Shown here: positions 46,387 to 56,577 of the stretch, one piece after another
Position numbering within the stretch: the first letter of the stretch is position 1
Layout: the number at the start of each line of letters is the position of its first letter
Origin: Nitrosopumilaceae archaeon
GTDB taxonomy: Archaea; Thermoproteota; Nitrososphaeria; Nitrososphaerales; Nitrosopumilaceae
Reading direction: 5' to 3'
Assembly: GCA_965214835.1 (NCBI GenBank)
Contig: CBDCCK010000002.1
Span: forward strand, 512,001 to 576,000
DNA: 64,000 nucleotides
The notes under the pieces: model-generated
Seen by the model: only the letters and a program-made list of their open reading frames with translations
Databases searched by the model: none
What the model was told of the DNA's origin: nothing
Position numbers and translations under genes: made by a program

Positions 46387-48144
46387 ATGTGCTCCATAAT
46401 CGGGTTTTACGGCAACGAGGAGGCAGCCCCAATTCTGGTAAAGGGCCTCAAGCGGATGGAGTACAGGGGGTATGACAGCGTAGGGGTTGCAACAAGGAAC
46501 GGCTCGGAGATCTCCCTGAGGAGGGGGGTGGGCAAGGTAGACGAGGTCAATTCCGCAAAAGGGCTTGACCGGCTGCATGGAAAATCCGGGATCGGGCACA
46601 CGAGGTGGGCAACGCATGGGGGGGTGACGGACTCAAACGCACACCCGCACCCAAGCAACTCGGGCAAGATTGCGGTGGTGCATAACGGAATAATTGAGAA
46701 CTTTGAGGAGCTAAGGAGGAGGCTGGAAGGCCGGGGGTATGCATTTCACAGTGAAACAGACACAGAGGTGATTGCAAACCTGCTGCAGTACAACTATGAA
46801 AGAACCCGGGACGAAAAGGAGGCCATGATCTCCACACTAGCAGAGCTCAGGGGCCACTATTCGTTTGTCGCAATGTTTGAAAGCGGAAGGCTGGCAGTTG
46901 CCAGATTCCACGAGCCGCTCATCATCGGGGTCGGCAAGGACAGTTATTTCCCATCCAGCGATGTCCTGGGATTTATCGAGACTACGGACTATGCAGTCTA
47001 CATCGAGAACGGGAACTTTGCCCTAATCGACAAGGATCTGAGGATCTTTGACTTTGGCGGAGCTCAGGCCAAGTTCCCGATAACCAAGGTCTCAAAGGAG
47101 TTCGCAGACGCATACAAGGGGGACTTTGCGCACTATACGATAAAGGAGATCTCAGAGCAGCCCCAGACCATTCTCAAGGCAGGGGAGAACACGCCAGAAT
47201 CGATAGAGCGGGCAGTGGACTGCATTTGCCACGCCAAAAATACCTACATCACAGGAAGTGGGACCAGCTACAATGCCGCACTGATTGCAAAGTACATGAT
47301 CTCAAAATACGCAAAGATAAGGGTGGATCCGATAATCTCCAGCGAGCTGCCCCACTCCCCCGAGGCCATAGAGGGCGGCTCGATCATGATTGCAGTCTCG
47401 CAGAGCGGGGAGAGCGCAGATGTCCTAGAGGCAGTAAAGATTGCAAAGCAGGCAGGCTCTGAGATCATCTCGATAATCAACCTGCTCACGTCGTCCCTGG
47501 CACACGAGTCGTCGGTAAAGATCGGAATGAACTGCGGCCCCGAGATAGGGGTGGCCGCAACCAAGAGCTTTACGGCGCAGCTGGCAGTAATCTACAAGAT
47601 AACCGACAGGCTGTGCGGCGGATGCATGAGGCTGGACTTTAAGAAGGCGTCAAAATGCATGGCAAAAATCCTGGAGGATCACTCCGGAATCAAGGGCATT
47701 GCAAAGGAGTTAAGAGAGATTTCGGACATCTACATCCTTGGAAGGGGCATCCATTTTCCCATAGCGGCCGAGTCGGCGCTGAAGCTAAAGGAGCTGGCAT
47801 ACATCCACGCAGAGGGCATTCCAGGGGGGGAGCTCAAGCACGGACCGCTGGCGCTGATGGACTCTAGCGTTTTTGTGATAATTATCAATCCGGGCGACGC
47901 GACGTACGAGGATACGCTGACCAGTGCAAGGGAGATCAAGGCACGGGGCGCAAAGATTATCGGGATTTCAGACAGGCAAAGCGACGTATATGATCACTGG
48001 ATTCGAATTCCGGAGATTGAGGAGTCCATGTATCCGCTTTTAGAGGTGGTTCCCATCCAGCTTCTTGCGTATTATTCTGCGCTGGAAAAGGAGACGGATC
48101 CGGACTATCCGCGAAACCTCGCAAAATCGGTCACCGTCAGGTAA
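46387..48144 (+). CDS. glmS: Glutamine--fructose-6-phosphate transaminase (isomerizing)
   Basis: N-terminal Cys, EYRGYDS, GHTRWATHG, PRNLAKSVTV. Confidence 0.97.
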   Translation: MCSIIGFYGNEEAAPILVKGLKRMEYRGYDSVGVATRNGSEISLRRGVGKVDEVNSAKGLDRLHGKSGIGHTRWATHGGVTDSNAHPHPSNSGKIAVVHNGIIENFEELRRRLEGRGYAFHSETDTEVIANLLQYNYERTRDEKEAMISTLAELRGHYSFVAMFESGRLAVARFHEPLIIGVGKDSYFPSSDVLGFIETTDYAVYIENGNFALIDKDLRIFDFGGAQAKFPITKVSKEFADAYKGDFAHYTIKEISEQPQTILKAGENTPESIERAVDCICHAKNTYITGSGTSYNAALIAKYMISKYAKIRVDPIISSELPHSPEAIEGGSIMIAVSQSGESADVLEAVKIAKQAGSEIISIINLLTSSLAHESSVKIGMNCGPEIGVAATKSFTAQLAVIYKITDRLCGGCMRLDFKKASKCMAKILEDHSGIKGIAKELREISDIYILGRGIHFPIAAESALKLKELAYIHAEGIPGGELKHGPLALMDSSVFVIIINPGDATYEDTLTSAREIKARGAKIIGISDRQSDVYDHWIRIPEIEESMYPLLEVVPIQLLAYYSALEKETDPDYPRNLAKSVTVR

Positions 48145-49195
48145 AGACCCGGGCATACTCGCGCTCGATGCTTTCAAGCATCTGGTCGGTGCCCAGCTCG
48201 GCACGCAGAACAGCTGAGATCATGCTCCCCCCGGCACCGACCCCCTCCTTTGCAAACCCCTCAGAAAAGGCCCGGAGTCCGGGAATCCCCGACTCTGACA
48301 GCCTCGGATCGACTGCGATGACGGGAACGTCATCGATTTGCTTTACGGTCTCAAGAAGGTTGGCAGACCGGTCATCGACTATGTACCTGGTCGTTCCAAT
48401 CGCAACGGAGCTGTTATGATATCCCAGCGTCTTGGCAAACGCCAGGACTGCGGCCATCTGGGTTCCGCCTGCCAGCATAACCTTGCACATTCCAGATGCG
48501 GTGCTTAGCATCCCCGCTACGAATGGAATCATCGGATCCCCCATGTTTGCAACTATTGAAAACGGCTCCTTGCTGGCCAGCCTAGAGGCGGCCTTTTTGA
48601 GGACGGACTTTTTCAGATCCACCGGGTTTTTGTCCAAGCTGGAGCTTGACATGGCATCGTAGCCCAGCCCACGCAGTGTTGCCATGGCCGTAGTTGTTCC
48701 GGCAGGCATGCTCTCGCCGATGACCAGGCAGTCAGTCAGGGAGGCAAGCGTCCTTCCGACAATTCGCCCAAAGTCAACTGCGTGGACTACGTCCTCGTGC
48801 CTTAGCGCGGGGGACTGCTCGATGTTTGCGCCGTGGGGGAGGCCGGTTGAAATGAAGGGCAGCCCGGGGGGAATCCTGCTGCCCGCGTTGATTACAATGT
48901 GCGGGATGCTGGCAGACTCTAGTGCTACCTTTGTAAGCAGTGCGGGAGTCGGCTTTCCGTCGGGGGTCTTCGGGATTCCATCGATGCAAAGGCAGCTTCC
49001 ATAGTGAAGAAACTCTGCGTCTGCCGGGGGGGTATACCTCATCATGCCGGGCGCCGAGCCGGCCGCGGTTATGCCGGGAATCTCGCTTGTGTCAGTGTGT
49101 GAAATGACCAGGGCAAATGAAAAGCGGCCTTTTCTGACAGAGTCCACAAATGACCTGCCCTTTGCCTCGCCAAGGCAAATGTCAAAATCGCTCAT
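48137..49195 (-). CDS. cobT: Archaeal nicotinate-nucleotide phosphoribosyltransferase CobT (TIGR00303-like)
   Basis: IPGITAAG, TPPADAE, GESMPAGTTTA, AGGTQM, KEGVGAGG. Confidence 0.88.
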   Translation of the reverse strand: MSDFDICLGEAKGRSFVDSVRKGRFSFALVISHTDTSEIPGITAAGSAPGMMRYTPPADAEFLHYGSCLCIDGIPKTPDGKPTPALLTKVALESASIPHIVINAGSRIPPGLPFISTGLPHGANIEQSPALRHEDVVHAVDFGRIVGRTLASLTDCLVIGESMPAGTTTAMATLRGLGYDAMSSSSLDKNPVDLKKSVLKKAASRLASKEPFSIVANMGDPMIPFVAGMLSTASGMCKVMLAGGTQMAAVLAFAKTLGYHNSSVAIGTTRYIVDDRSANLLETVKQIDDVPVIAVDPRLSESGIPGLRAFSEGFAKEGVGAGGSMISAVLRAELGTDQMLESIEREYARVFT

Positions 49196-49806
49196 GGCTG
49201 CCCCATCATCTCAGCAAAGTCATCCTCGCTTCTCTTTTGCATGACAAAGTTGGTTTGCTTTTCCCTCCCAACGGTGGACGTCGGGCTAGAGCCGTAGTCA
49301 TGGCCCGGCAGGATCTCAAGATCATCGTCAAGGTTATGCAGTACGTCAAAGAGGCTGTGGTAAAGCTTCCTTGCGCTGCCTCCCGGCAGGTCAACGCGCC
49401 CGCAGTTTCCAACGAAAAGGGTGTCTCCAGAAAACAGTTTTCCGCCCCCCAGTAGGCACATGCTGTCCTCCGAGTGGCCCGGGGTGTGAAGGACGGCCAG
49501 GGCGGCCTTTCCAAACTCGATCCTGTCGCCATCTGAAACCGATATGTCGTGTTCAAGCTCCGAGTTCTCATGCTGGATGACTTTTGCGCCAAGGGATTTG
49601 GAGAGGCCCGCGTTTCCAGCGGTGTGATCAAAGTGATGATGGGTGTTTACAATGTACCTTACAGCCAGGCCATTTCGGGCCACCACCTCCTCGATTTTTT
49701 CCAAGTCCCAGGATGGATCGATGACTATGGCCTCCGAGGTCTCCTCGTCCTCCACGACGTAGGTAAAGTTCTGCATGTTGCCCACGGGAATCTGATGAAC
49801 CCTCAA
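49192..49806 (-). CDS. MBL-fold hydrolase (glyoxalase II-like)
   Basis: THHHFDH, HTPGH, GDTLF, PGHDY. Confidence 0.9.
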   Translation of the reverse strand: MRVHQIPVGNMQNFTYVVEDEETSEAIVIDPSWDLEKIEEVVARNGLAVRYIVNTHHHFDHTAGNAGLSKSLGAKVIQHENSELEHDISVSDGDRIEFGKAALAVLHTPGHSEDSMCLLGGGKLFSGDTLFVGNCGRVDLPGGSARKLYHSLFDVLHNLDDDLEILPGHDYGSSPTSTVGREKQTNFVMQKRSEDDFAEMMGQP

Positions 49807-50450
49807 AGTATTCCCTCCTCTGCCTCCGGGGGAATGCCGATTTTCTCAGTGAACAGCTCGCCGGTCAGGTCCCTTCGCTTGGGAATTCCCTGCTTTGTTT
49901 TGTGAAACGTTACAGTCAGGTTGCACCTTGCTGCAGTGTTTGCAGTCTCCCCGGTCTGCGGATCTAGCCCGGATGGGACGTCGACTGCAAGCTTGAAGCA
50001 GTCAGCCTGATTGACGTAGCTGATTGCAGATGCATACGGATCCCGGATCTCGCCGGAAATCCCGGTTCCCAGAATCCCGTCTATGATTATATCGGGGGCA
50101 AAGTCAAGCCCGGCATCGTCCCCGGGCAGCAATCGTACCGAGGGCATCTTCTCCAGCAGTGACCAGTTCCAGCTGCTCTCCTCGGTCTTGATTTTATCGG
50201 CGTCCCCAAGGAGCCTTACAGTTACATTTGCGCCATGGCCTGCAAGATGTCTTGCCATCACCAGCCCGTCGCCGCCATTGTTGCCCAGGCCTGCAAAAAC
50301 CAGGATGTCTTTTGATTCGACGTCGCCAAACTTTTCAACCAGCCGCCTGACTGCGGCGGCCCCTGCGTTTTCCATCATGAACTTTTTTAGAAACCCCATG
50401 TCATGCCCCCTGTTCTCTATACGGTACATTTGATCTACCGTGATCTCCAT
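49803..50450 (-). CDS. nnrE: NAD(P)H-hydrate epimerase (YjeF N-terminal domain)
   Basis: MENAG, GNNGGDG, DGILGTG, VDVPSG. Confidence 0.9.
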   Translation of the reverse strand: MEITVDQMYRIENRGHDMGFLKKFMMENAGAAAVRRLVEKFGDVESKDILVFAGLGNNGGDGLVMARHLAGHGANVTVRLLGDADKIKTEESSWNWSLLEKMPSVRLLPGDDAGLDFAPDIIIDGILGTGISGEIRDPYASAISYVNQADCFKLAVDVPSGLDPQTGETANTAARCNLTVTFHKTKQGIPKRRDLTGELFTEKIGIPPEAEEGIL

Positions 50451-50528
50451 GGCTTCAAGAAGGCAGCAGCTAAGATAAGAGCCTTCGGATGGCAAACGGC
50501 TTTATCCCAGAATCAGGCAAAGCCTTGC

Positions 50529-51143
50529 ATGGCAGTCAAAAACGCAGAGACATCCCTGGACAGGATTTCAAAATCGCTTACAAGAACCCAGGATGCAAGA
50601 GAGTTCCTGCTAAAAAATACCAGGGAGGTTGTGATCTCATGCAGCAAAAGCATCATAGCGGTGCACGGCGGGGATATGAGGGGTGCCAAATCCAGCCTGC
50701 AGAATGCCGGCAGGCTGCTAGGCGAGTACAGGAAAAAATCAAGGGGCAGCCTGGCGCGATACCTGATCACCCCAGAACAAGAGTTCGTGGAGGCCGCAGC
50801 ACTGATTGCGATTGCGCAAAAAAAACAGATCCCGTCCAAGGACGTCCTCAGGGTTTCTGACGAGTCATATGTGCTGGGACTGCTTGACTGCATCGGGGAG
50901 CTAAAGCGCTTTGTCCTCGACAGGATCCGCGGTGACGACCTCAGGGAGGCGCTGAGGGTATTTCAGGTCATGGAGGACCTGTTTGCGCTGCTGTATCCAT
51001 TTGCAAGCCTGGACAAGGTGGTAAAGGAGGCAAGGAAAAAGCTGGACGTAAACAGGATGCTCGTTGAGGATGCAAGATCGGTCATCACGCAGGAGATCAG
51101 AAGGAAGGATCTAATCGACACCATCAGGAGGCTGGAAGGGTAG
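50529..51143 (+). CDS. Translin family protein
   Basis: QEFVEA, YVLGLLDCIGELKR, RKKLDV. Confidence 0.88.
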   Translation: MAVKNAETSLDRISKSLTRTQDAREFLLKNTREVVISCSKSIIAVHGGDMRGAKSSLQNAGRLLGEYRKKSRGSLARYLITPEQEFVEAAALIAIAQKKQIPSKDVLRVSDESYVLGLLDCIGELKRFVLDRIRGDDLREALRVFQVMEDLFALLYPFASLDKVVKEARKKLDVNRMLVEDARSVITQEIRRKDLIDTIRRLEG

Positions 51144-51147
51144 TGTA

Positions 51148-51232
51148 TGCGGGCGATGGGATTTGAACCCACGAACTCCTGAGAGACTAGCCCCTCAAGC
51201 TAGCGCCTTTGGCCAGGCTGGGCGACACCCGC
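51148..51232 (-). tRNA. tRNA-Leu(GAG)
   Basis: GCGGGTG acceptor stem, anticodon arm CTAGC-TTGAGGG-GCTAG, long variable arm, GGTTCAAATCC T-loop; no intron. Confidence 0.96.
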
Positions 51233-51283
51233 ACCGGAAAGTTCTTGCATGGTTTTTATAATCCTTGGTTGCCTCTTGCGAAT

Positions 51284-51520
51284 ATGCTAGTGCCTGTAAG
51301 ATGTTTTACCTGCGGCAGCCTGATAGCAGACAAACATGGGGATTATCAAAATAAAATAAAGTCAGGAGAGGATCCAGACAAGGCGCTTGACTCGGTAGGA
51401 GTCAGCAGATACTGCTGCAGGCGGATGCTGCTCACATCCATGGAGACAATACAGCAGATCATTCCGTTCTATGAGGCAATTCACAGACGCAATCAGGAAA
51501 TCCAGTCCGAGCTGGAATAG
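51284..51520 (+). CDS. rpoN: DNA-directed RNA polymerase subunit N (Rpo10)
   Basis: PVRCFTCG..RYCCRRM. Confidence 0.97.
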   Translation: MLVPVRCFTCGSLIADKHGDYQNKIKSGEDPDKALDSVGVSRYCCRRMLLTSMETIQQIIPFYEAIHRRNQEIQSELE

Positions 51521-51523
51521 ATT

Positions 51524-52762
51524 TTGCCAAAGATCACATCAGTTGCAGGCCGGGTGCTATTCAACAGCAGGGGCGGCAGGACCATCGAGGTCGACATAGT
51601 ATCAGATGGCAGGTTTCTAGGAAGGGTTTGCGCCCCGTCGGGGGCAAGCGTGGGAAAATACGAGGCAGTCAGCTTTCCAAACTCGAACCCGGAGGAGAGC
51701 CTGCAGGTTCTAAACCAAAACGCGCAAAAATTCGTCGGACTGGACTCTGACAACCTGGAATCCATACACGGCACAATCAGAACGTTTGACGATACCCCAA
51801 ACTATTCAAGATGCGGGGGGGCGCTGGCGTTTGCAGTGACCATCGCGGCAATGGACTCGGCGTCAAAGGCGCTGGACCAGCCACTGTTCAAGACGCTGTC
51901 AAGGCATGAGGAGTACAGGTTTCCCTTCCCGTTGGGAAATATCCTGGGAGGCGGCGCGCATGCGGGCCCCGGAACGCCGGACATTCAGGAGATCCTGGTC
52001 TGCTCAAACGGCGCCAGGACGATCCTAGAGTCCATAGAGACGAATCTTGCAGTGCACGGGGAGCTTGGAAAAATCCTGCAAAGGAAGGATCCTGCCTTTA
52101 CAAGGGGGCGGGGGGATGAGGGTGGCTGGGCACCCAGGCTGGACAACGAGGGGGCGCTGGAGGTCTCGGCCAGGGCAATTGAGGGCCTCGGATACACCCT
52201 GGGAAAGGAGGTGTCGCTGGGAGTGGACTTTGCCTCATCCACGCAGTGGGACGAGCAAAGACAGAGATACGTCTACGACAGGGCAGGCTTTGAGAACTCG
52301 GCAGGGGAGCAGATTGAGTTTGTCTCCGAGATTATTGACAGGTACAAGCTTATCTATGCCGAGGACGCAGTGCACGAGGAGGCGTTTGGGGACATGGCCC
52401 AGATTGCGGCCAGATTCCCCAATACAATGGTTGCCGGGGACGACTTGACGGTAACCGACAGGGACATCCTGCAAAAGGCCGTTGATGAAAAATCATGCAA
52501 TGCTGCCATATTGAAGGTAAACCAGGCAGGAAGCCTGCTTGATGCGCTGGAATTTGCCGATCTTGCAGGCCAAAACAACGTCAGGCTGGTCACGTCCCAC
52601 AGGTCCGGGGAATCGGCGGACGCGCAGATCTCGCACATAGGAATTGCCACCAAGTCAAAAATGCTCAAGGCAGGCATAGTGGGCGGCGAGAGGGTGGCCA
52701 AGCTAAACGAGATGCTAAGACTCTCAGAGCATGATTTAATACGCGGTATGACAGAAATTTAA
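51524..52762 (+). CDS. eno: Enolase
   Basis: NSRG, PSGAS, GDEGG, LKVNQAG, SHRSGE. Confidence 0.95.
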   Translation: MPKITSVAGRVLFNSRGGRTIEVDIVSDGRFLGRVCAPSGASVGKYEAVSFPNSNPEESLQVLNQNAQKFVGLDSDNLESIHGTIRTFDDTPNYSRCGGALAFAVTIAAMDSASKALDQPLFKTLSRHEEYRFPFPLGNILGGGAHAGPGTPDIQEILVCSNGARTILESIETNLAVHGELGKILQRKDPAFTRGRGDEGGWAPRLDNEGALEVSARAIEGLGYTLGKEVSLGVDFASSTQWDEQRQRYVYDRAGFENSAGEQIEFVSEIIDRYKLIYAEDAVHEEAFGDMAQIAARFPNTMVAGDDLTVTDRDILQKAVDEKSCNAAILKVNQAGSLLDALEFADLAGQNNVRLVTSHRSGESADAQISHIGIATKSKMLKAGIVGGERVAKLNEMLRLSEHDLIRGMTEI

Positions 52763-52768
52763 AAATCG

Positions 52769-53392
52769 ATGAGTCAGCAGGCAGAGGGTCAGGACATAAA
52801 AAAGAAGATCCTGTCTACGGGAATCAGGGTAGGCACGCAGGTCAAGACCACCTTCATGAGGCCGTTCATTACAAAGGCAAGCCCCGAGGGACTCTACATG
52901 ATTGACCTGGATATCACGCTGGACAGGATAAAGACGGCGGCAAGATTTGTCAACAGGACAGGCATTGAGAACATCATTGTCTGCTCCGGCAGGCAGTATG
53001 CAAACACGCCAATTGAAAAGTTCTGCGAGGTTACCGGGGCAAAACACCTGCTGGGCAGGTTTATGCCGGGCACGCTGACCAACCCGTCCCTGCCGTATTA
53101 CATAGAGCCAAAGATGGTCATAATTTCCGATCCTCAGGTTGACGAACAGGCAATTACCGAGGCCACCAATGCGGGAATCCCAGTGGTGGGAATTTCCAAC
53201 ACGGACAACATTACGTCCAAGGTGGACCTGGTAATTCCCGCCAACAACAGGGGCAGAAAATCGCTTGCGACGATTTACTGGCTGCTGGCAAGGGAGATCC
53301 TAATCGAGCAGGCAAAGCTGGATGAGGAGGGATCAATGCAGTACGAGATCGATGACTTTGAGACAAAGATCAAGGAAGAGGATATCGAGTAA
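52769..53392 (+). CDS. rps2: 30S ribosomal protein S2 (uS2)
   Basis: GRFMPGTLTNP, IPANNRG. Confidence 0.96.
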   Translation: MSQQAEGQDIKKKILSTGIRVGTQVKTTFMRPFITKASPEGLYMIDLDITLDRIKTAARFVNRTGIENIIVCSGRQYANTPIEKFCEVTGAKHLLGRFMPGTLTNPSLPYYIEPKMVIISDPQVDEQAITEATNAGIPVVGISNTDNITSKVDLVIPANNRGRKSLATIYWLLAREILIEQAKLDEEGSMQYEIDDFETKIKEEDIE

Positions 53393-54225
53393 TGCAGGTT
53401 AGGACACCGGCAGTGGCCGGCATGTTCTATTCCGGCGAAAGGGGGCAGCTGATGCAGGAAATCAGGCGGTGTTTTCTCAGCGACTTTGGTCCGGGAAGGG
53501 AGCCCCCCGCGCCCCCGTCTGAAAAGATTTTCGGGATAATCTCCCCCCATGCGGGATACATGTACTCGGGCCCGGTGGCGGCCCAGTCATTTTATGCCAT
53601 CTCAAGCCAAAGGTTTGATCTGGCAGCAATCATAGGCCCCAATCACTGGGGAATCGGGGAAAATGTGGCAGTGATGGGGGACGGCATGTGGCAGACGCCG
53701 CTGGGCAGCATGGAGGTGGACTCGGAGGCCGCAGACATGGCAGGGCGGAGTGAAAAAATCAGCGTTGATTTTTTTTCGCACACCAGGGATCACAGCCTGG
53801 AGGTGCAGGTACCCATGCTGCAGTACGTCTTCCGGGACAGGATCAAGATTCTTCCCGTCATACTAAATAGCCAGGACATTGATACGGCAGTGGAGGTTGG
53901 AGAAAAAATGGCAGAGATCGCCCTGCACAAGGACACGATGATCGTAGGCTCGTCTGATTTTACGCATTACGAAGGCAATGACTTTGCACACAGCCAGGAC
54001 TCGGCACTGCTGGAGCCTATAAAGCGGCTAGATGTCAAGGGGTTTTACTCGGTCCTGAGGGAGAAAAACGTCTCGGCGTGCGGATATGGCGCGATTGCCG
54101 CCACCATGGTCGCATGCAGGAGGCTCGGGGCCACGAGGGGGGACGCAGTACAGTATGCGACTAGCGGTGACATAGCCGGGGACAAGAGCTCGGTAGTCGG
54201 ATACGGATCAGTTGTGTTTAGTTGA
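53392..54225 (+). CDS. MEMO1-family protein (AmmeMemoRadiSam protein B)
   Basis: RTPAVAGMFY, PHAGYMYSG, HSLEVQ, SSDFTHY, CGYG. Confidence 0.92.
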   Translation: MQVRTPAVAGMFYSGERGQLMQEIRRCFLSDFGPGREPPAPPSEKIFGIISPHAGYMYSGPVAAQSFYAISSQRFDLAAIIGPNHWGIGENVAVMGDGMWQTPLGSMEVDSEAADMAGRSEKISVDFFSHTRDHSLEVQVPMLQYVFRDRIKILPVILNSQDIDTAVEVGEKMAEIALHKDTMIVGSSDFTHYEGNDFAHSQDSALLEPIKRLDVKGFYSVLREKNVSACGYGAIAATMVACRRLGATRGDAVQYATSGDIAGDKSSVVGYGSVVFS

Positions 54226-55163
54226 CATCAAAAGCTTCGGCCCCCGGCAAGATAATCCTGTTTGGAGAGCACTTTGTAGTCCACGGGGTAAGGGCGATTT
54301 TAGCTGCAATTGACAGGAGGATAACGGTGACATCAGAGACGATCGATGAGCCAGCTATAAAGATAGAGTCCGGGCTGGGGGACGAGGAGATTGGGGTTTC
54401 AGACGCGGCAAGAACCCCCGAGCTGAGGCCCTTTGAGTTTCTTGCAAAAAAAATGATCAGGGAGTTTTCGCACCGTGGTGGGATCAAGATCAGGATTGAG
54501 TCGGACATACCCCACGGGGTGGGGCTGGGCTCGTCATCGGCATCATGTGTGGCAGCTGCCGCATCAGTTGCCGGGCTGTTCACAAGGTACACAGAGGGCG
54601 AGATTTGCAGGCTGGCAATAGAGGCTGAAAAAACGATATTCAAGGACACGTCGGGTGCGGACTGTACCGTATGTACCTATGGCGGCATAATCACGTACGA
54701 CAAAAACACGGGATTTGAAAAGATCGAGTTCGAGCCGAGCCTTCAGCTGATAATCTCCGATTCGGGGATGACCCACTCCACGGGGGAGGTGGTTGCAAGG
54801 GTCTCAAGATACAAGGAGGGCAGTCCAGAAAGGTTCGAGGATCTGTGCAGGAAGGAGTCGCGCCTGATAGACAGGGCAAGGGGGCAGATTCAAAGCGGGG
54901 AGCCAGAACTGATAGGGGAATCCATGAAGGAAAACCAGCGGTACCTAGAGGAGATCGGCGTATCCAACCAGGCCCTGCAAAAAATGACTGCGCTTGCAGA
55001 CCTGCACAGCTTTGGCTCCAAGATTACCGGGGCCGGGGGCGGGGGATGCATAATATCAATCACAGACGAGCCGTCCCTAGGGCAGACAGTCAAAAGGCTG
55101 CAGGAAAACCGGATCCGGTCATTTGGGGCAAAAATCGACTATTCGGGATTGGAGACTTTTTAA
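54222..55163 (+). CDS. mvk: Mevalonate kinase
   Basis: APGKIILFGEH, GLGSSSA, KITGAGGGG. Confidence 0.94.
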   Translation: MTSKASAPGKIILFGEHFVVHGVRAILAAIDRRITVTSETIDEPAIKIESGLGDEEIGVSDAARTPELRPFEFLAKKMIREFSHRGGIKIRIESDIPHGVGLGSSSASCVAAAASVAGLFTRYTEGEICRLAIEAEKTIFKDTSGADCTVCTYGGIITYDKNTGFEKIEFEPSLQLIISDSGMTHSTGEVVARVSRYKEGSPERFEDLCRKESRLIDRARGQIQSGEPELIGESMKENQRYLEEIGVSNQALQKMTALADLHSFGSKITGAGGGGCIISITDEPSLGQTVKRLQENRIRSFGAKIDYSGLETF

Positions 55164-55187
55164 CTGGCCGGCAGGGCCTGTAAAAAC

Positions 55188-55931
55188 ATGATTCTGCTAA
55201 AGCTGGGAGGCTCTATCATTACAAACAAGAAAAGGGCCCTCTCTGCAAGAAGAAGGGCCATCGACTCCATCATGAAGGGCCTCAAAAAAATCAAGGGGCC
55301 CGTGGTCATCGTGCACGGGGGCGGATCCTACGGCCACTACTGGTCCGTAAAATATGACATGCATACAAGGCCGGCAAAATACGACCTGCGCGGAGTATCA
55401 ACGGTAAAAAACTCCATGATCGAGCTGGACAAGATAGTCTTGGACTCTATGCTAAAAAACAGGCTAAGGCCGTACTCGGTTCCGCCTGCCTGCCTTATGA
55501 GAGGAGACAGGCCGATCACGGGGAGGATCAGGGAGCTAGAGGGCATTGCAAGGTCGGGGCTAGTTCCGGTAACGTACGGGGACGCCCTGTGGTACGGACA
55601 AAAAAAGTCCTACATCCTGTCAGGGGACAGGATAATGACCCACGTTGCAAGGGTTCTGAGGCCAAGGCTGTCGATATTTGCGCTAGACGTCGACGGGGTT
55701 TATTCCGACCTTAAAACCAAGAATCTGATCAGGGAGGTCAGGGGGGAAAAGGTGAGCGTCTCAGACGTAAGGATGGACGTAACGGGCGGAATGGGCAGGA
55801 AGATGAAGGAGGCGGCCAATATCTCAAAGATGGGGCTGAGGGTGTTTTTTGCCAACGGGAACAGGCCAGAAAGGATTGTGAGTGCGGCCAATAGGAACAA
55901 ATTTGAGGGAACCCTGTTCAAGAGTCGGTAA
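55188..55931 (+). CDS. ipk: Isopentenyl phosphate kinase
   Basis: LKLGGSIIT, HGGGSYGH, ILSGD, DVTGGM. Confidence 0.9.
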   Translation: MILLKLGGSIITNKKRALSARRRAIDSIMKGLKKIKGPVVIVHGGGSYGHYWSVKYDMHTRPAKYDLRGVSTVKNSMIELDKIVLDSMLKNRLRPYSVPPACLMRGDRPITGRIRELEGIARSGLVPVTYGDALWYGQKKSYILSGDRIMTHVARVLRPRLSIFALDVDGVYSDLKTKNLIREVRGEKVSVSDVRMDVTGGMGRKMKEAANISKMGLRVFFANGNRPERIVSAANRNKFEGTLFKSR

Positions 55932-55932
55932 C

Positions 55933-56577
55933 ATGGCTGAGTTTGTAATTTTGGTGGATGGCCGTGACAGGCCAATCGGACTAGAGGAGAAGGTGAGGTG
56001 CCACCTGCCAGACGGCAAGCTGCACAGGGCGTTTACGGCGCTACTCTTTGACGCCGATGGAAGGTTGGTGCTGGCCAGGCGCAGCCCCGGCAAGATGCTG
56101 TGGCCAGGCGACTGGGACGGTACATTTGCAAGCCATCCAAGGGAGGGGGAAACCTACGTGTCGTCTGCAGAGAGGAGAATGCCCGAGGAGATGGGGCTCA
56201 GATGCAGCATGGACTACCTGTTCAAGTTCGAGTATCATGTCCCGTACAGGGATGTCGGCTCTGAAAATGAAATCTGTGGAACGCTGATGGGGATTGCAGA
56301 AAGTGGCGCCAAGTTTGACTTGATTGAGGGCGAGATCTCCGAGATCAGGCCCGTCTCGGCAGACGAGCTTTGCTCGGAGCTGAGGGGAAGGCCAGAGGCC
56401 TATTGTCCGTGGATGCTGATTGCGCTGTACCTCCTAGACACCTCGAGGCCGGAAATGCTCGAAAAGCACAAAAATGTTTTAGGGGGATGGATCAGATCAG
56501 AGGTGAAGGCGCAGATGAAAAAATCGATTGATGCCCATTTGCCAGAGTCCCAGTGGAGGCCCGTAAAAGATGAGTAG
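55933..56577 (+). CDS. idi: Isopentenyl-diphosphate delta-isomerase, type 1 (Nudix fold)
   Basis: LHRAF, WPG.WD..ASHP, ENEIC, CPWM. Confidence 0.9.
   Translation: MAEFVILVDGRDRPIGLEEKVRCHLPDGKLHRAFTALLFDADGRLVLARRSPGKMLWPGDWDGTFASHPREGETYVSSAERRMPEEMGLRCSMDYLFKFEYHVPYRDVGSENEICGTLMGIAESGAKFDLIEGEISEIRPVSADELCSELRGRPEAYCPWMLIALYLLDTSRPEMLEKHKNVLGGWIRSEVKAQMKKSIDAHLPESQWRPVKDE

Noticed and set aside
51148-51232. tRNA-Leu as the integration site of the islands
   Set aside because: Far from both recombinases, flanked by core genes, and no duplicated 3' end seen.
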